A DNA stretch of 20,000 nucleotides from an uncultured virus (IMG/VR IMGVR_UViG_3300027828_000003). Lineage: Duplodnaviria; Heunggongvirae; Uroviricota; Caudoviricetes. Shown here piece by piece: positions 8,034 through 16,807 of this stretch. The stretch is from IMG/VR virus record IMGVR_UViG_3300027828_000003; one strand, written 5' to 3'. Within the stretch, counting starts at the first letter, position 1; every line of letters begins with the position of its first letter. The notes beneath the pieces are model-generated. The model saw nothing but the letters and a program-made list of their open reading frames with translations. It did no database searches and had not been told where the DNA came from. Position numbers and translations under genes: made by a program.

Positions 8034-8285
8034 ATGGAAGGCTCACACAATCGTCTCACGATCATTCGAGGCGGTTGCCAGGGGAAGCCTTACGCGAGAC
8101 GGACGAAAGGGGAAGCTGAACAACTGGTATGCCGAACTTGCGAACACGACATTGGTGTCGCTACTTCGGAATGGCTGGAAATTCAGATTGCCCCCATGAT
8201 CCAAGGGAACGAAGTGAAACCCGGTACGCCAGGTTTGATCTGCGTTCACTGCCTGTCTCGCGGAAAGGTAACGCGGGCGACATGA
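8034..8285 (+). CDS. Small putative zinc-binding protein (CxxC...CxxC)
   Basis: CRTC and CVHC pairs in 83 aa; fills the gap between MuF and the tRNA. Confidence 0.65.
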   Translation: MEGSHNRLTIIRGGCQGKPYARRTKGEAEQLVCRTCEHDIGVATSEWLEIQIAPMIQGNEVKPGTPGLICVHCLSRGKVTRAT

Positions 8286-8301
8286 CTTTTTTTGCAACAG
8301 G

Positions 8302-8320
8302 AAATGAGTAAAACTCATTT
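8302..8320. promoter_or_regulatory. Operator-like palindrome AAATGAGT-AAA-ACTCATTT
   Basis: Perfect 8-bp inverted repeat ending 5 nt before the tRNA; core ATGAG-N5-CTCAT. Confidence 0.65.
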
Positions 8321-8325
8321 ATTGT

Positions 8326-8402
8326 AGCGGGTTGGCGCAGTCTGGTAGCGCGGTTGGCTCATTACCAACAGGACGTCGGTTCGAATCCGACACCCGCCCC
8401 CA
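8326..8402 (+). tRNA. tRNA with CAT anticodon (Met/fMet/Ile2-like), CCA encoded
   Basis: Cloverleaf: acceptor AGCGGGT/ACCCGCC, D stem GCGC/GCGC, anticodon stem GTTGG/CCAAC with loop CTCATTA, T arm GTCGG-TTCGAAT-CCGAC, then C-CCA. Confidence 0.92.
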
Positions 8403-8513
8403 ATGCCAGAGAGAGGCCGTCCGGCGCGTCCCACACATATTCGGGCCGTCGGGCGGCCAAATATCTAAACAAAGACCATCGCGGCGCGATGGCATCTAAG
8501 CCGGAGGCGGACC

Positions 8514-9311
8514 ATGAAGCTTAAACCGACCATCAAGGATCTCTCGGAAGTCGACGAAAAGTATCGCGACCTCTACGTCGAAACCGACGGGGGTTATGTG
8601 CTCGAAGTCGAAGGGATGGTCGATCGCGCGAAAGTGGCCGAATTCCGCGACAACAACATCAAACTTCAGAAAGACCTGACCGACACGCAGGAAAAGCTGA
8701 CCGCGTTGAGCGCCAAGTTCGAAGGCATCGACCCGGAAAAGATCAAGGAACTTCAGGAAACCGAAGCCAAACTCCGCGACAAGCAGTTGATCGACGCCGG
8801 CCGCGTGGACGAATTGATCGACATGAAGCTCGCCGAACAGCGGAAGAACTTCCAGAAGGACTTGGCCCAGCGCGACGAAACGATCGGCAACCTGACCAAA
8901 GAACGCGACGAATCACGCGGCACCGTGAAACGCCTGCACGTCGAGAAAGTCGTCGGAGACGCCGCTCTCAAACACGGCGTTCGTGAAGGCGCGTTGGATG
9001 ACGTCTTCAATCATGCTCATGCCTACGGCTTCGATCTCGCCGAAGACGGCAACGACGTCGTCATCAAGGGTCCGAGCGGAGATCCGCGCCGCTCTTTGTC
9101 GGACCCGAGCAAAACAATGTCGGTGGAGGAATACTTCAACGACGTTCTCGCCGAGTCCAAGCCCTTCTACTTCAAGGAGAGCGCGGGCGGTGGCAGCAAG
9201 GGTGGCGGCGGCGGCCCGGCGGGTCGGCGTGTCAGCTTGTCTGACTCTGGCGCCATCAACGCAAACATCGAAGGCATCGCGTCCGGGAAAGTCCAAGTCT
9301 CCGACAACTAG
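8514..9311 (+). CDS. Capsid scaffolding protein
   Basis: GGAGG RBS; charged coiled coil, Gly-rich FKESAGGGSKGGGG, C-terminal IEGIASGKV; directly upstream of the capsid gene. Confidence 0.85.
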   Translation: MKLKPTIKDLSEVDEKYRDLYVETDGGYVLEVEGMVDRAKVAEFRDNNIKLQKDLTDTQEKLTALSAKFEGIDPEKIKELQETEAKLRDKQLIDAGRVDELIDMKLAEQRKNFQKDLAQRDETIGNLTKERDESRGTVKRLHVEKVVGDAALKHGVREGALDDVFNHAHAYGFDLAEDGNDVVIKGPSGDPRRSLSDPSKTMSVEEYFNDVLAESKPFYFKESAGGGSKGGGGGPAGRRVSLSDSGAINANIEGIASGKVQVSDN

Positions 9312-9412
9312 CCTTCCTTCAGCGCATCCGGCGGCTGCGCTAGTCCGGACCCGGTGGGTCCAATTCACCTGAAAACTGACCTCCCACCGGGGTCGAACTA
9401 GGAGTATTGGCT

Positions 9413-10582
9413 ATGTCCAACACCATTACCGCCATCATGCCGAAAATCCTTGCGCGCGGCCTTCTGGCCCTTCGCGAGCGCGTTGTCATGCCGCGCCTCG
9501 TCAACGGCGATTACTCCGCCGAGGCGGCGCAGAAAGGCGCGACCATCGACGTCCCGTACAGCCAGTCCAAGACGGCCAAGGACGTCACGCCGAGCAACAC
9601 GGATCCGGCCGCGGACAATTCCGAGCCGAAGTTCGTGCAGATCACGCTCGACCACTGGAAGCACTCCGACTTCCATCTGACCGACAAGGAAATGGCCCAG
9701 ATCGACGCCAACGAGCACTTCATCCCGCTCGAAATGCAGGAATCGATCAACGCGCTGGCCACCTTCGTCAACGCCACCATCCTCGCCGAGTACAAGGGCG
9801 TCTACGGCTACGCCGGTACCGCCGGCACCACGCCGTTCGGCGGCTCCGGTGACGCGGCTGGCGTCAAGGGTGCGACCCTGGCTCGGAAAGTTCTGAACGA
9901 GCAGAAAGCGCCGCTTGCCTCCCGGTTCGGCGTTCTCGACTTCACGGCGGAAGCTGAAGCCCTTGGCCTGTCTGCCTTCTCCGACGCCGAGAAGATCGGT
10001 TCCAACGGGGTCAAGATCGAGGGTGAAATCGGTCGGAAGTACGGCATCCAGTGGACGGCCGACGACCAGGTCCCGACGCACGTCGCCGGTACCATCACGA
10101 CCGGCCTCGTGGCCAAGGCCGCGACTGCCCAGGCAGTCGGCCTCAAGGCGATCGTCTGCACCACCGCGGCTTCCACCGGCGCCTGTGCGCTGAAGGAAGG
10201 CGACATCGTCACTTTTGCCGGCGACAGCCAGACCTACGTGCTGACTGCCGACGCGACGCAGGCCTCCGCGGCGACCGATGTCACGTTGAACATCGAGCCG
10301 GGCCTGAAGATCGCGCTTGCCGGCGGTGAGGACGTCTCCGTCAAGGGCGATCACGTCGTCAACATCGTGGCACACCGGGACGCCTTCGCTTTCGCGCAGC
10401 GCCCGTTGCTCACGGAATCCGACGGACTCGGCTCCCGGATCATGACCATGACCGATCCGATGACCGGCATCTCGCTCCGGCTGGAAGTCACCCGTCAGTA
10501 CAAGCAGACTGTGTGGGATCTCGACATCCTGTTCGGCGCAAAACTGGTTCGTCGCGAGTTGGCCACCCGCCTCGCCGGGTAG
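9413..10582 (+). CDS. Major capsid protein (P22 coat-like HK97 fold with insertion domain)
   Basis: GGAG RBS; GATIDVP, HRDAFAFAQRPL and DILFGAKLVRRELA motifs; strong codon bias; followed by a terminator. Confidence 0.92.
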   Translation: MSNTITAIMPKILARGLLALRERVVMPRLVNGDYSAEAAQKGATIDVPYSQSKTAKDVTPSNTDPAADNSEPKFVQITLDHWKHSDFHLTDKEMAQIDANEHFIPLEMQESINALATFVNATILAEYKGVYGYAGTAGTTPFGGSGDAAGVKGATLARKVLNEQKAPLASRFGVLDFTAEAEALGLSAFSDAEKIGSNGVKIEGEIGRKYGIQWTADDQVPTHVAGTITTGLVAKAATAQAVGLKAIVCTTAASTGACALKEGDIVTFAGDSQTYVLTADATQASAATDVTLNIEPGLKIALAGGEDVSVKGDHVVNIVAHRDAFAFAQRPLLTESDGLGSRIMTMTDPMTGISLRLEVTRQYKQTVWDLDILFGAKLVRRELATRLAG

Positions 10583-10609
10583 GTCTATCCGTCCTCGCGA
10601 CGTTGCATG

Positions 10610-10644
10610 GGGAGGCGGCGTCAAAACCGCCTCCCTTTTCTCTT
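10610..10644 (+). terminator. Rho-independent terminator after the capsid gene
   Basis: GGGAGGCGG/CCGCCTCCC stem followed by TTTTCTCTT. Confidence 0.85.
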
Positions 10645-10671
10645 CCAACTGCAACATAAGGGAACAGGATT

Positions 10672-11289
10672 ATGCGTCTCCCCACCTATCGACTTCGTCA
10701 TCGGAAGACGAAGGAAATCCGTGTCGTCAATCAGACCGACTATCAGGCCAACCTGTCGAAGTTCTCCGATTACGAACGGATCGGCGAAACACGCGGCGAA
10801 GGCAACGAGATGATCGAAGTTTCGGGCGTCTCGACCGAACCGCCGGCCGGCGGCGAAGTGTTGGCGAACCTTGCGACCTTCGTGACGAAGGCCAAACAGG
10901 ACAACGACCTCGACGACGACGGTTGGGCTGCGCTCACCCAGGGCGAACGCGACGCCCTTATCCTGAAGGCCATGCAGCCCCAGACGACCGATGGCGCCCC
11001 GTCGCCGACGCCCACCACCGAAGAGCAACCGGCGCCCTCGTCGACCGAAACCGGAAACGCCGGTGAAGGCGATGACGGAAAGGCCGATGCTGACACGACC
11101 GACATCCGCGCCAAGATCGACGCGGAATGCGAGGACAAACGCGCGATCGAGGCCCGCATCCTTGAGGACTTCAAGGAAGACACCGACCTTCGCGTCTACA
11201 ACACGCGCGACAAGCTGCTTGATCGCTACGTCGAACTGCACACCGCGGCGGCCGCCAAGGCGGCTGAAGCCGGTCAGCAGACCGCGTAA
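10672..11289 (+). CDS. Hypothetical acidic, linker-rich protein (probably head-associated)
   Basis: AGGA RBS; phage-like codon usage; position after the capsid gene. Confidence 0.75.
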   Translation: MRLPTYRLRHRKTKEIRVVNQTDYQANLSKFSDYERIGETRGEGNEMIEVSGVSTEPPAGGEVLANLATFVTKAKQDNDLDDDGWAALTQGERDALILKAMQPQTTDGAPSPTPTTEEQPAPSSTETGNAGEGDDGKADADTTDIRAKIDAECEDKRAIEARILEDFKEDTDLRVYNTRDKLLDRYVELHTAAAAKAAEAGQQTA

Positions 11290-11372
11290 ACGGCCGACTT
11301 ACGCTCGCATCGGCGATGAGAGCCCTGCCGCCAATTGAGAACGCTAGGAACCTCGGCTGGGGGGTTTATTCA

Positions 11373-11795
11373 ATGGCACTTCTTCACTGGTTGGTGGCAC
11401 GGCTCTCTTCGCTCTTCTGGCGGACGGAGACCGCGCCGGCCCATATCGTCAGCGGAATGGCCTTGTGCGGATGGTCCTTCATCCTCAGCACGAACAAGGT
11501 CTTCGACGCGAGCAACCTCTATGACTACCTCAGCGACATCGCCGCGGAACCATTCTGGGCGTTCCTCACACTTATTCTCGGCGTCGTGCAGGTCGTCGAA
11601 CCGTTCCTACCCAGGCAATCAACCACCCACTGGGCCCGTATAGCGTTTTGGGTGTTCCCGGCGGCCTTCTGGCTCTACATCACAGCCATCGCCGTCCTGG
11701 CCGTCCCGACAACGACGATCGCCGCCTCTTCGGCTGTTTTCGCCGTCGCTTGCATTTGGGGCTTCGTGCGCGAGGTTGATATCAAGTGCCGGTAG
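11373..11795 (+). CDS. Multi-pass membrane protein (holin-like); alternative start 11316
   Basis: About four hydrophobic segments. Confidence 0.6.
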   Translation: MALLHWLVARLSSLFWRTETAPAHIVSGMALCGWSFILSTNKVFDASNLYDYLSDIAAEPFWAFLTLILGVVQVVEPFLPRQSTTHWARIAFWVFPAAFWLYITAIAVLAVPTTTIAASSAVFAVACIWGFVREVDIKCR

Positions 11796-12100
11796 ATCAA
11801 CTAACCCCCGAAAACACGACATTCGGCGGTTTGGTCGTCCTGGTTCTCTACTACCTTTGGCGGCGCATAAAGTCCGATACCTACGCTGATCGAACGGCAG
11901 ATCGCGAAGGCTCCTTTCGAGACGACGTCATCGCCATGAACAAGACGCTCAACGAGCGCTGCGACCAGTTCGCCCATGAGCGCAATGTCGCCCTGGCGAA
12001 AGTCGCCGAATTGAACACGAAGATCGCCATCATGCAGCGTGATCTGGATCGCGCCCGGGCCGGCTGCAACAACCCGGCCACATGCGGCTTCGCCGAATAG
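11786..12100 (+). CDS. N-terminal TM anchor plus coiled-coil protein (lysis-accessory-like)
   Basis: GAGG RBS before GTG; TM segment FGGLVVLVLYYLW, heptad-rich C-terminal half, terminal Cys pair. Confidence 0.65.
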   Translation: MPVDQLTPENTTFGGLVVLVLYYLWRRIKSDTYADRTADREGSFRDDVIAMNKTLNERCDQFAHERNVALAKVAELNTKIAIMQRDLDRARAGCNNPATCGFAE

Positions 12101-12112
12101 GAGACACCGCCC

Positions 12113-12619
12113 ATGTTCGCTGTCGAAGACGGTACCGGCGTTGCTGGTGCCAATTCATACGTGTCGCTTGCCGACGCGGACACATACTTCGCTGACCGGT
12201 CGAACTCGACGTGGGCAGCTCTTGACAACACCGTGAAACAGAAAGGCCTCCTGGACGCCACCGAGTACGTTGGGAGCCTCTACCGCGGTTCTTGGCTCGG
12301 CAGCCTCTATTCGACTGAGCAAGGCTTGGATTGGCCGCGTGTCGGCGCCTACGACCCGGAAGGTCGACCGCTTGATGGCGTACCGAAGGATCTACAAGCC
12401 GCGATCTGCCGCTTGGCGCTCGAATCAGCGACGAATGGCGATCTGGTCACGTCCCAGGACCGTGGCGGCCAGGTCAAACGGGAGAAGATCGGCCCGATCG
12501 AAACGGAATACGCCGATGGCGCACCGGCTGGTCGGACCTTCCCGTATCTCGACGATCTCCTGAGCAGCCTCGTCACCGGCAACCGCCGCGGCATGGTCGT
12601 GACGCTTCAGCGGCGATGA
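12113..12619 (+). CDS. Head-tail adaptor (DnaT-like family)
   Basis: VEDGTG..ANSYVS..ADTYF, QGLDWPR and EKIGPIETEY motifs. Confidence 0.88.
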   Translation: MFAVEDGTGVAGANSYVSLADADTYFADRSNSTWAALDNTVKQKGLLDATEYVGSLYRGSWLGSLYSTEQGLDWPRVGAYDPEGRPLDGVPKDLQAAICRLALESATNGDLVTSQDRGGQVKREKIGPIETEYADGAPAGRTFPYLDDLLSSLVTGNRRGMVVTLQRR

Positions 12620-12978
12620 ACAAAGCTCAAATCGCGGCGAAGGTCGAAGCAGCCTTCAACAAGCTGGGCGATCTTGCCTACAACGCGACGCTGACCAAGA
12701 AGACGCAGGGAACCTATAATCCCGGCGTCCTGGCGGCTTCGCAGACCGAAACGACATCGACCGGAAAACTCCTGTTCGACGAGGCCAGGATCAAACAGGC
12801 GGACTATCTCGCCGGCGCCAACATCAAACCGAGCGACGAAGTAGCTTTTCTGCAAGGCGTGTCTTTCGCGCCGGAGAAAGGTCACACGATCGACATCACT
12901 GGCATCGGCACCAAGGACATCATCTGGGCGAACGATTTGATGCGCTTGGGGGCGCTTTTCGTGGTCGTCCTGCGATGA
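12616..12978 (+). CDS. Head closure / head-tail joining protein
   Basis: ATGA-coupled to the adaptor; size and synteny; GTYNP motif. Confidence 0.7.
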   Translation: MNKAQIAAKVEAAFNKLGDLAYNATLTKKTQGTYNPGVLAASQTETTSTGKLLFDEARIKQADYLAGANIKPSDEVAFLQGVSFAPEKGHTIDITGIGTKDIIWANDLMRLGALFVVVLR

Positions 12979-13427
12979 CTGGCCGGTTCGAAACCAGACT
13001 GAGGATATTCGCCGACAAGGCAATGGCGAACGTCGATCTCGTTTTTCGGAAGGCGACGTTCGAAATCTATTCCCGCGTCATCATGCGGACACCGGTCGAT
13101 ACCGGTCGGGCGCGCGGCAACTGGCAGACAGCCGCCGACGCCTACCCGACGGGCGTCACGCTCACGGACGACAAAGGAAGCGTCAACCAATCGGGCCGCG
13201 GCAACAGCGTCGCAAAAAGCGCAATGGAGTCGACCGTCCTGTCTGGCCCGTATCAGCGGAAATTCGTTCTGCTCAACAACGTCCCGTACATCGGCGTTCT
13301 CGAGTACGGGCGCGAAAGTGGTGCCCCCGGCAGCATGCAGGCGCCGGCCGGCATGGTCCGCGTCACGATCGCGGAATTTCAGGCCCTCGTCGAGAAAGCG
13401 GGCGGCGAAGTGATCCGGAACAACTAA
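12975..13427 (+). CDS. Neck / tail-completion protein (HK97 gp10-like)
   Basis: RTPVDTGRARGNW, NNVPYIGVLEYG and QAPAGMVR motifs. Confidence 0.88.
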   Translation: MTGRFETRLRIFADKAMANVDLVFRKATFEIYSRVIMRTPVDTGRARGNWQTAADAYPTGVTLTDDKGSVNQSGRGNSVAKSAMESTVLSGPYQRKFVLLNNVPYIGVLEYGRESGAPGSMQAPAGMVRVTIAEFQALVEKAGGEVIRNN

Positions 13428-13450
13428 CCCTGCCCTGAAGGAGACCTCTC

Positions 13451-13927
13451 ATGGGTGACATCGTCTTCAACATCGCGAAAGGCCGTGTGAACGAGCTTTT
13501 CAACCGGGTGAAAACCAACGACCCGGCCAACAGCGCCATCGTCATGGTCATTCTCAAAACGACCGCGACCGACGCGACTCTGAAGGACTTCGATACCCTG
13601 GCCGCCATTCTGGCCGGTACCAGCGTCGAGGCCGACTTCACGAACTATGCGCGCCAGGTCCTCACGGACGCCGATCTCGCCGCACTGTCGCCCGATGACG
13701 GGGCCGATAGCATGGCTTCGGCGATCCCGCAGATCACCATCTCGTCCGCCGGCGGCGCGAGCAACAACACCCTGAACAAGGTTCTGTTCTGCTACGATCC
13801 GGACACGACCGGCGGCACGGATTCTGACCTGATCCCCCTCACCGCTCACGATGACGGCCGGACGACGGATGGGAACGATCTCATCTGGAACGCCGGCAAC
13901 ATCTTCAACGCAACCGATCCGGTTTAA
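13451..13927 (+). CDS. Putative virion structural protein
   Basis: AAGGAG RBS; small Asp/Thr/Ala-rich protein within the neck region. Confidence 0.7.
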   Translation: MGDIVFNIAKGRVNELFNRVKTNDPANSAIVMVILKTTATDATLKDFDTLAAILAGTSVEADFTNYARQVLTDADLAALSPDDGADSMASAIPQITISSAGGASNNTLNKVLFCYDPDTTGGTDSDLIPLTAHDDGRTTDGNDLIWNAGNIFNATDPV

Positions 13928-13941
13928 CGGGAGAAACAGAT

Positions 13942-14205
13942 ATGTCCCCACTCGTCACCGCCCGCGTAAACCGCCTTGCATCCGCGCTGCTGCAGGAACG
14001 GGAAGGAATTACCAACGCGGCAAACAAACTTGTTTCGGACATGACGACCCGCCGGAACAACCTCGCGGCCCATCGCGCCACGGTCCAGGCCGATTTGGAA
14101 TTCGACGCAGCGACAAAGACGGCACTTGAAGCCGACATCGACGCTATCGAAGCCGGCCTTTCCGCCAAGATCGACGAGGTCTATGCGACGCTGACCGGAT
14201 CGTAA
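13942..14205 (+). CDS. Small coiled-coil protein
   Basis: GGGAG RBS; heptad pattern throughout. Confidence 0.7.
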   Translation: MSPLVTARVNRLASALLQEREGITNAANKLVSDMTTRRNNLAAHRATVQADLEFDAATKTALEADIDAIEAGLSAKIDEVYATLTGS

Positions 14206-14206
14206 C

Positions 14207-16744
14207 ATGGCCATTCTGGATGACCTTGGTTTGACGCCGGAGATAGCGGTTTCCATCACCCGCTATCTTGTGGCCAGTTACACCGGACCAACCGTCCGGC
14301 TGGAAGACGCTGGCGCGAACCAAGCCGACTTCTACCCCGATGGTCTAGGCGGCATTGCACAAGGGTCTTCTCTTGGCGATGCCCCTTCGGTTTGGGGGAC
14401 CGCACCGTTCTCTATCGTCACGCTCTATGAACAGTCCAATGGCCGTGACTTCGATGTCGCCGTAAACGCTGGCGTCCTCGTGGATGATGTTCATCCCGCA
14501 GGGCTTTGGGGGGCTACCGGTCTTCAAATGGAAACCGGGACCGCTATCGACATGATCGCGAACGAAAGCGACAGTCGCGTCATTTCAGGCGTCGTTATGA
14601 ACAACGGCGATATTACGCCCCCCGGCGGTTCGGTAATATTCTTCGGGCAATCCGTAGCAAGTTTGGCTGGTTTGCATTTTGATTATTTTGACGAACTTGA
14701 CGGTACGCCCGCTAATAAAATTCGGGGCAAAGTTGTTGGCGATAGTGGTGCACCAATTGCCGTAGGCGCTGATCTTGTCGCGGAAGGCAACACCGTCGTT
14801 TTTCAAGCGTTGAAGCCTCATGCCGGGACTAGCAGCGACGTTAATGCTTGGACTGTAGACGACATCGAGTTGTACACCGAAGATGCTCTAGACGCTCAAG
14901 TTCTCGTCGCTGATGGCGCTAGATGGGATTTTCGTGTCTTCGATTGGACGATCCGAACGCAAATTGCGGACGCCGACGAAGACTTCGTATTCTTTGAAGG
15001 CGTCGTTCTTCGCAGTAGTTCTGATATTTCCGACGCTACCCGTTCCGCCTTGGCGCAAGACCAGATGGCGTACTATGAAACGCGAGATTATGTGCCAGGT
15101 AGCGGAGGGACAAATCTTACAACAAGCCAAGAACGATCCACCGCCATTGCCCTGTCCCTCGCGACCGCGAAAACCATCGGTGCCGCTGCCGAGGTAGATG
15201 TATCAATAGCTCTATCGAAAGGGCTTGCTACAGACCTTGGCATAGCGACGGAAACAGCCGTTGCGCTGCCTTTGACGACAAAGACGGCCAGGACGCTCCT
15301 TACTGCGCTCGAAGCCGATGCGGCTGGCGATCTGGCGCTTGCGGTCGCCAAGGCATTGGGTGGCGCCGCGGAAACGGATCAGGCGGCCGCCCTAGACACG
15401 AGCGAAGCTCTGACCTTGCAGCCTGCGACGGAGGTAAACCGGGCCCTGACGCTGCTGGCCGGTCTGTTCCTGGGCACGGCAACCGACAACGAGACGGCCA
15501 TCCCGTTGTCGACCGCGACTATCCGAACGCTTGGATTGGTGAGCGAAGCGGAAAACGCTCTGCCGATCACGCTTGCAGCTGCCAAGACCCTCGGGATCGC
15601 TGGCGACGAGGAAGCCGCGCTCGTTCTGAGCAGACCTACGATCAAAACACTGCTTGCGGCTGCGGCAGTGGACTTCGCGGTCATGCTCAGTCGTGGAACG
15701 GCCTTGAACCTGTCAACCGCGGTGGAAGAGGACGCAGCGGCGTCAATGTCCCTCGCATCGGCCCTGACGATCGTCACGGCGGCGGAAAGCAGCGACGCCA
15801 TCCTGCTTTCGCGACCGACATTGAAGAGCCTTGGTCTGGCTTCCGAGCAAAACCTCGCCATTCCACTCTCGTCGACCGAACATCTCGGGCCCTACACGAA
15901 GATCCAAAGGGCGATTGATCTGCGTCTTGCCCAATACCAGGACGAGAACGTGGCTTGGGAGAACTTCTCCTACGAGCCCAAGACTGGTACGCCTTACCTG
16001 AAGCCGTTTCTTCTACCGGCAGAACCGAACGTCTTGACCGTCGGCGTAAAGCCCTTCCTGCAGAACACCGGCATCTATCAAATCTCGGTCGTTCACCCGA
16101 TCGGTGAAGGGAAAGCGGCGGCCGTGAAGCAGGCGGACGAACTCGTCACTCACTTCAAGCGCGGTACGGTTCTGAGCCTTGGCAGCCTCACTGTTCGCAT
16201 CGACCGTTGCTGGCATGGCTCACCGCAGAAGAGCGAGGCTTGGTACGTCGTCCCGGTATCCTTCATCTGGCGCGCGGAGACGCAGGAGAGCGCTTTTCCG
16301 ATCTCCTACAACCTGGGGGCCAGCGAGACCGTCGGCGGGAACTACGAGACCATCCAGCGCGCCTTGGACAGCGTTCTGTTCCAGTATCAGAGCGAAAACG
16401 TGGCCTGGGAGAATGTCCAGTACGAGCCGACGACCGGCACGCCCTATCTGGAACCCTATTTCAATCCGAACGAGCCCACACAGGCCGAGAGGAACGCCGG
16501 CGCGGCCAACCGCATTACCGGCACCTACGAGATCATGGTCTATGGGCCTCATGGCCCCGGCAAGAAAGCGGTCATCGAGAAGGCCGACGCCATCATCAAC
16601 AAGTTTCGCGCCGGATCGACCATAAAGCTCGACGGCCGCGCGATACGCATCGAACGGGCATGGCAAGCCACTGCCGTGCCGATGGAAGCCTGGATCCAGG
16701 TTCCCGTCACCATCTTCTGGCGGGTCGACACACCCAACCAGTAG
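14207..16744 (+). CDS. Fibre-like protein fused to two tandem tail-terminator-like domains
   Basis: Globular N-terminus, 13 repeats of about 20 aa (15113-15886), then two homologous ~130-aa domains (15893-16279, 16340-16741). It occupies the tail-terminator slot before the tail tube. Confidence 0.8.
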   Translation: MAILDDLGLTPEIAVSITRYLVASYTGPTVRLEDAGANQADFYPDGLGGIAQGSSLGDAPSVWGTAPFSIVTLYEQSNGRDFDVAVNAGVLVDDVHPAGLWGATGLQMETGTAIDMIANESDSRVISGVVMNNGDITPPGGSVIFFGQSVASLAGLHFDYFDELDGTPANKIRGKVVGDSGAPIAVGADLVAEGNTVVFQALKPHAGTSSDVNAWTVDDIELYTEDALDAQVLVADGARWDFRVFDWTIRTQIADADEDFVFFEGVVLRSSSDISDATRSALAQDQMAYYETRDYVPGSGGTNLTTSQERSTAIALSLATAKTIGAAAEVDVSIALSKGLATDLGIATETAVALPLTTKTARTLLTALEADAAGDLALAVAKALGGAAETDQAAALDTSEALTLQPATEVNRALTLLAGLFLGTATDNETAIPLSTATIRTLGLVSEAENALPITLAAAKTLGIAGDEEAALVLSRPTIKTLLAAAAVDFAVMLSRGTALNLSTAVEEDAAASMSLASALTIVTAAESSDAILLSRPTLKSLGLASEQNLAIPLSSTEHLGPYTKIQRAIDLRLAQYQDENVAWENFSYEPKTGTPYLKPFLLPAEPNVLTVGVKPFLQNTGIYQISVVHPIGEGKAAAVKQADELVTHFKRGTVLSLGSLTVRIDRCWHGSPQKSEAWYVVPVSFIWRAETQESAFPISYNLGASETVGGNYETIQRALDSVLFQYQSENVAWENVQYEPTTGTPYLEPYFNPNEPTQAERNAGAANRITGTYEIMVYGPHGPGKKAVIEKADAIINKFRAGSTIKLDGRAIRIERAWQATAVPMEAWIQVPVTIFWRVDTPNQ

Positions 16745-16807
16745 GCGTCCCCAGCGGCGCACACGCACCGCCCGACGGCGGCCCTTTCACATATGGAGGA
16801 CAATCCA

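Noticed and set aside
8326..8402. tRNA as an integration att site
   Set aside because: It lies mid-operon with no integrase or duplicated 3' end in the window.
6231..10657. Long minus-strand ORFs 6231-7592 and 9398-10657
   Set aside because: Antisense shadows of MuF/kinase and capsid genes caused by codon bias.
10855..10895. LATFV peptide shared between the 205-aa protein and the capsid
   Set aside because: Five-residue match only; likely chance.
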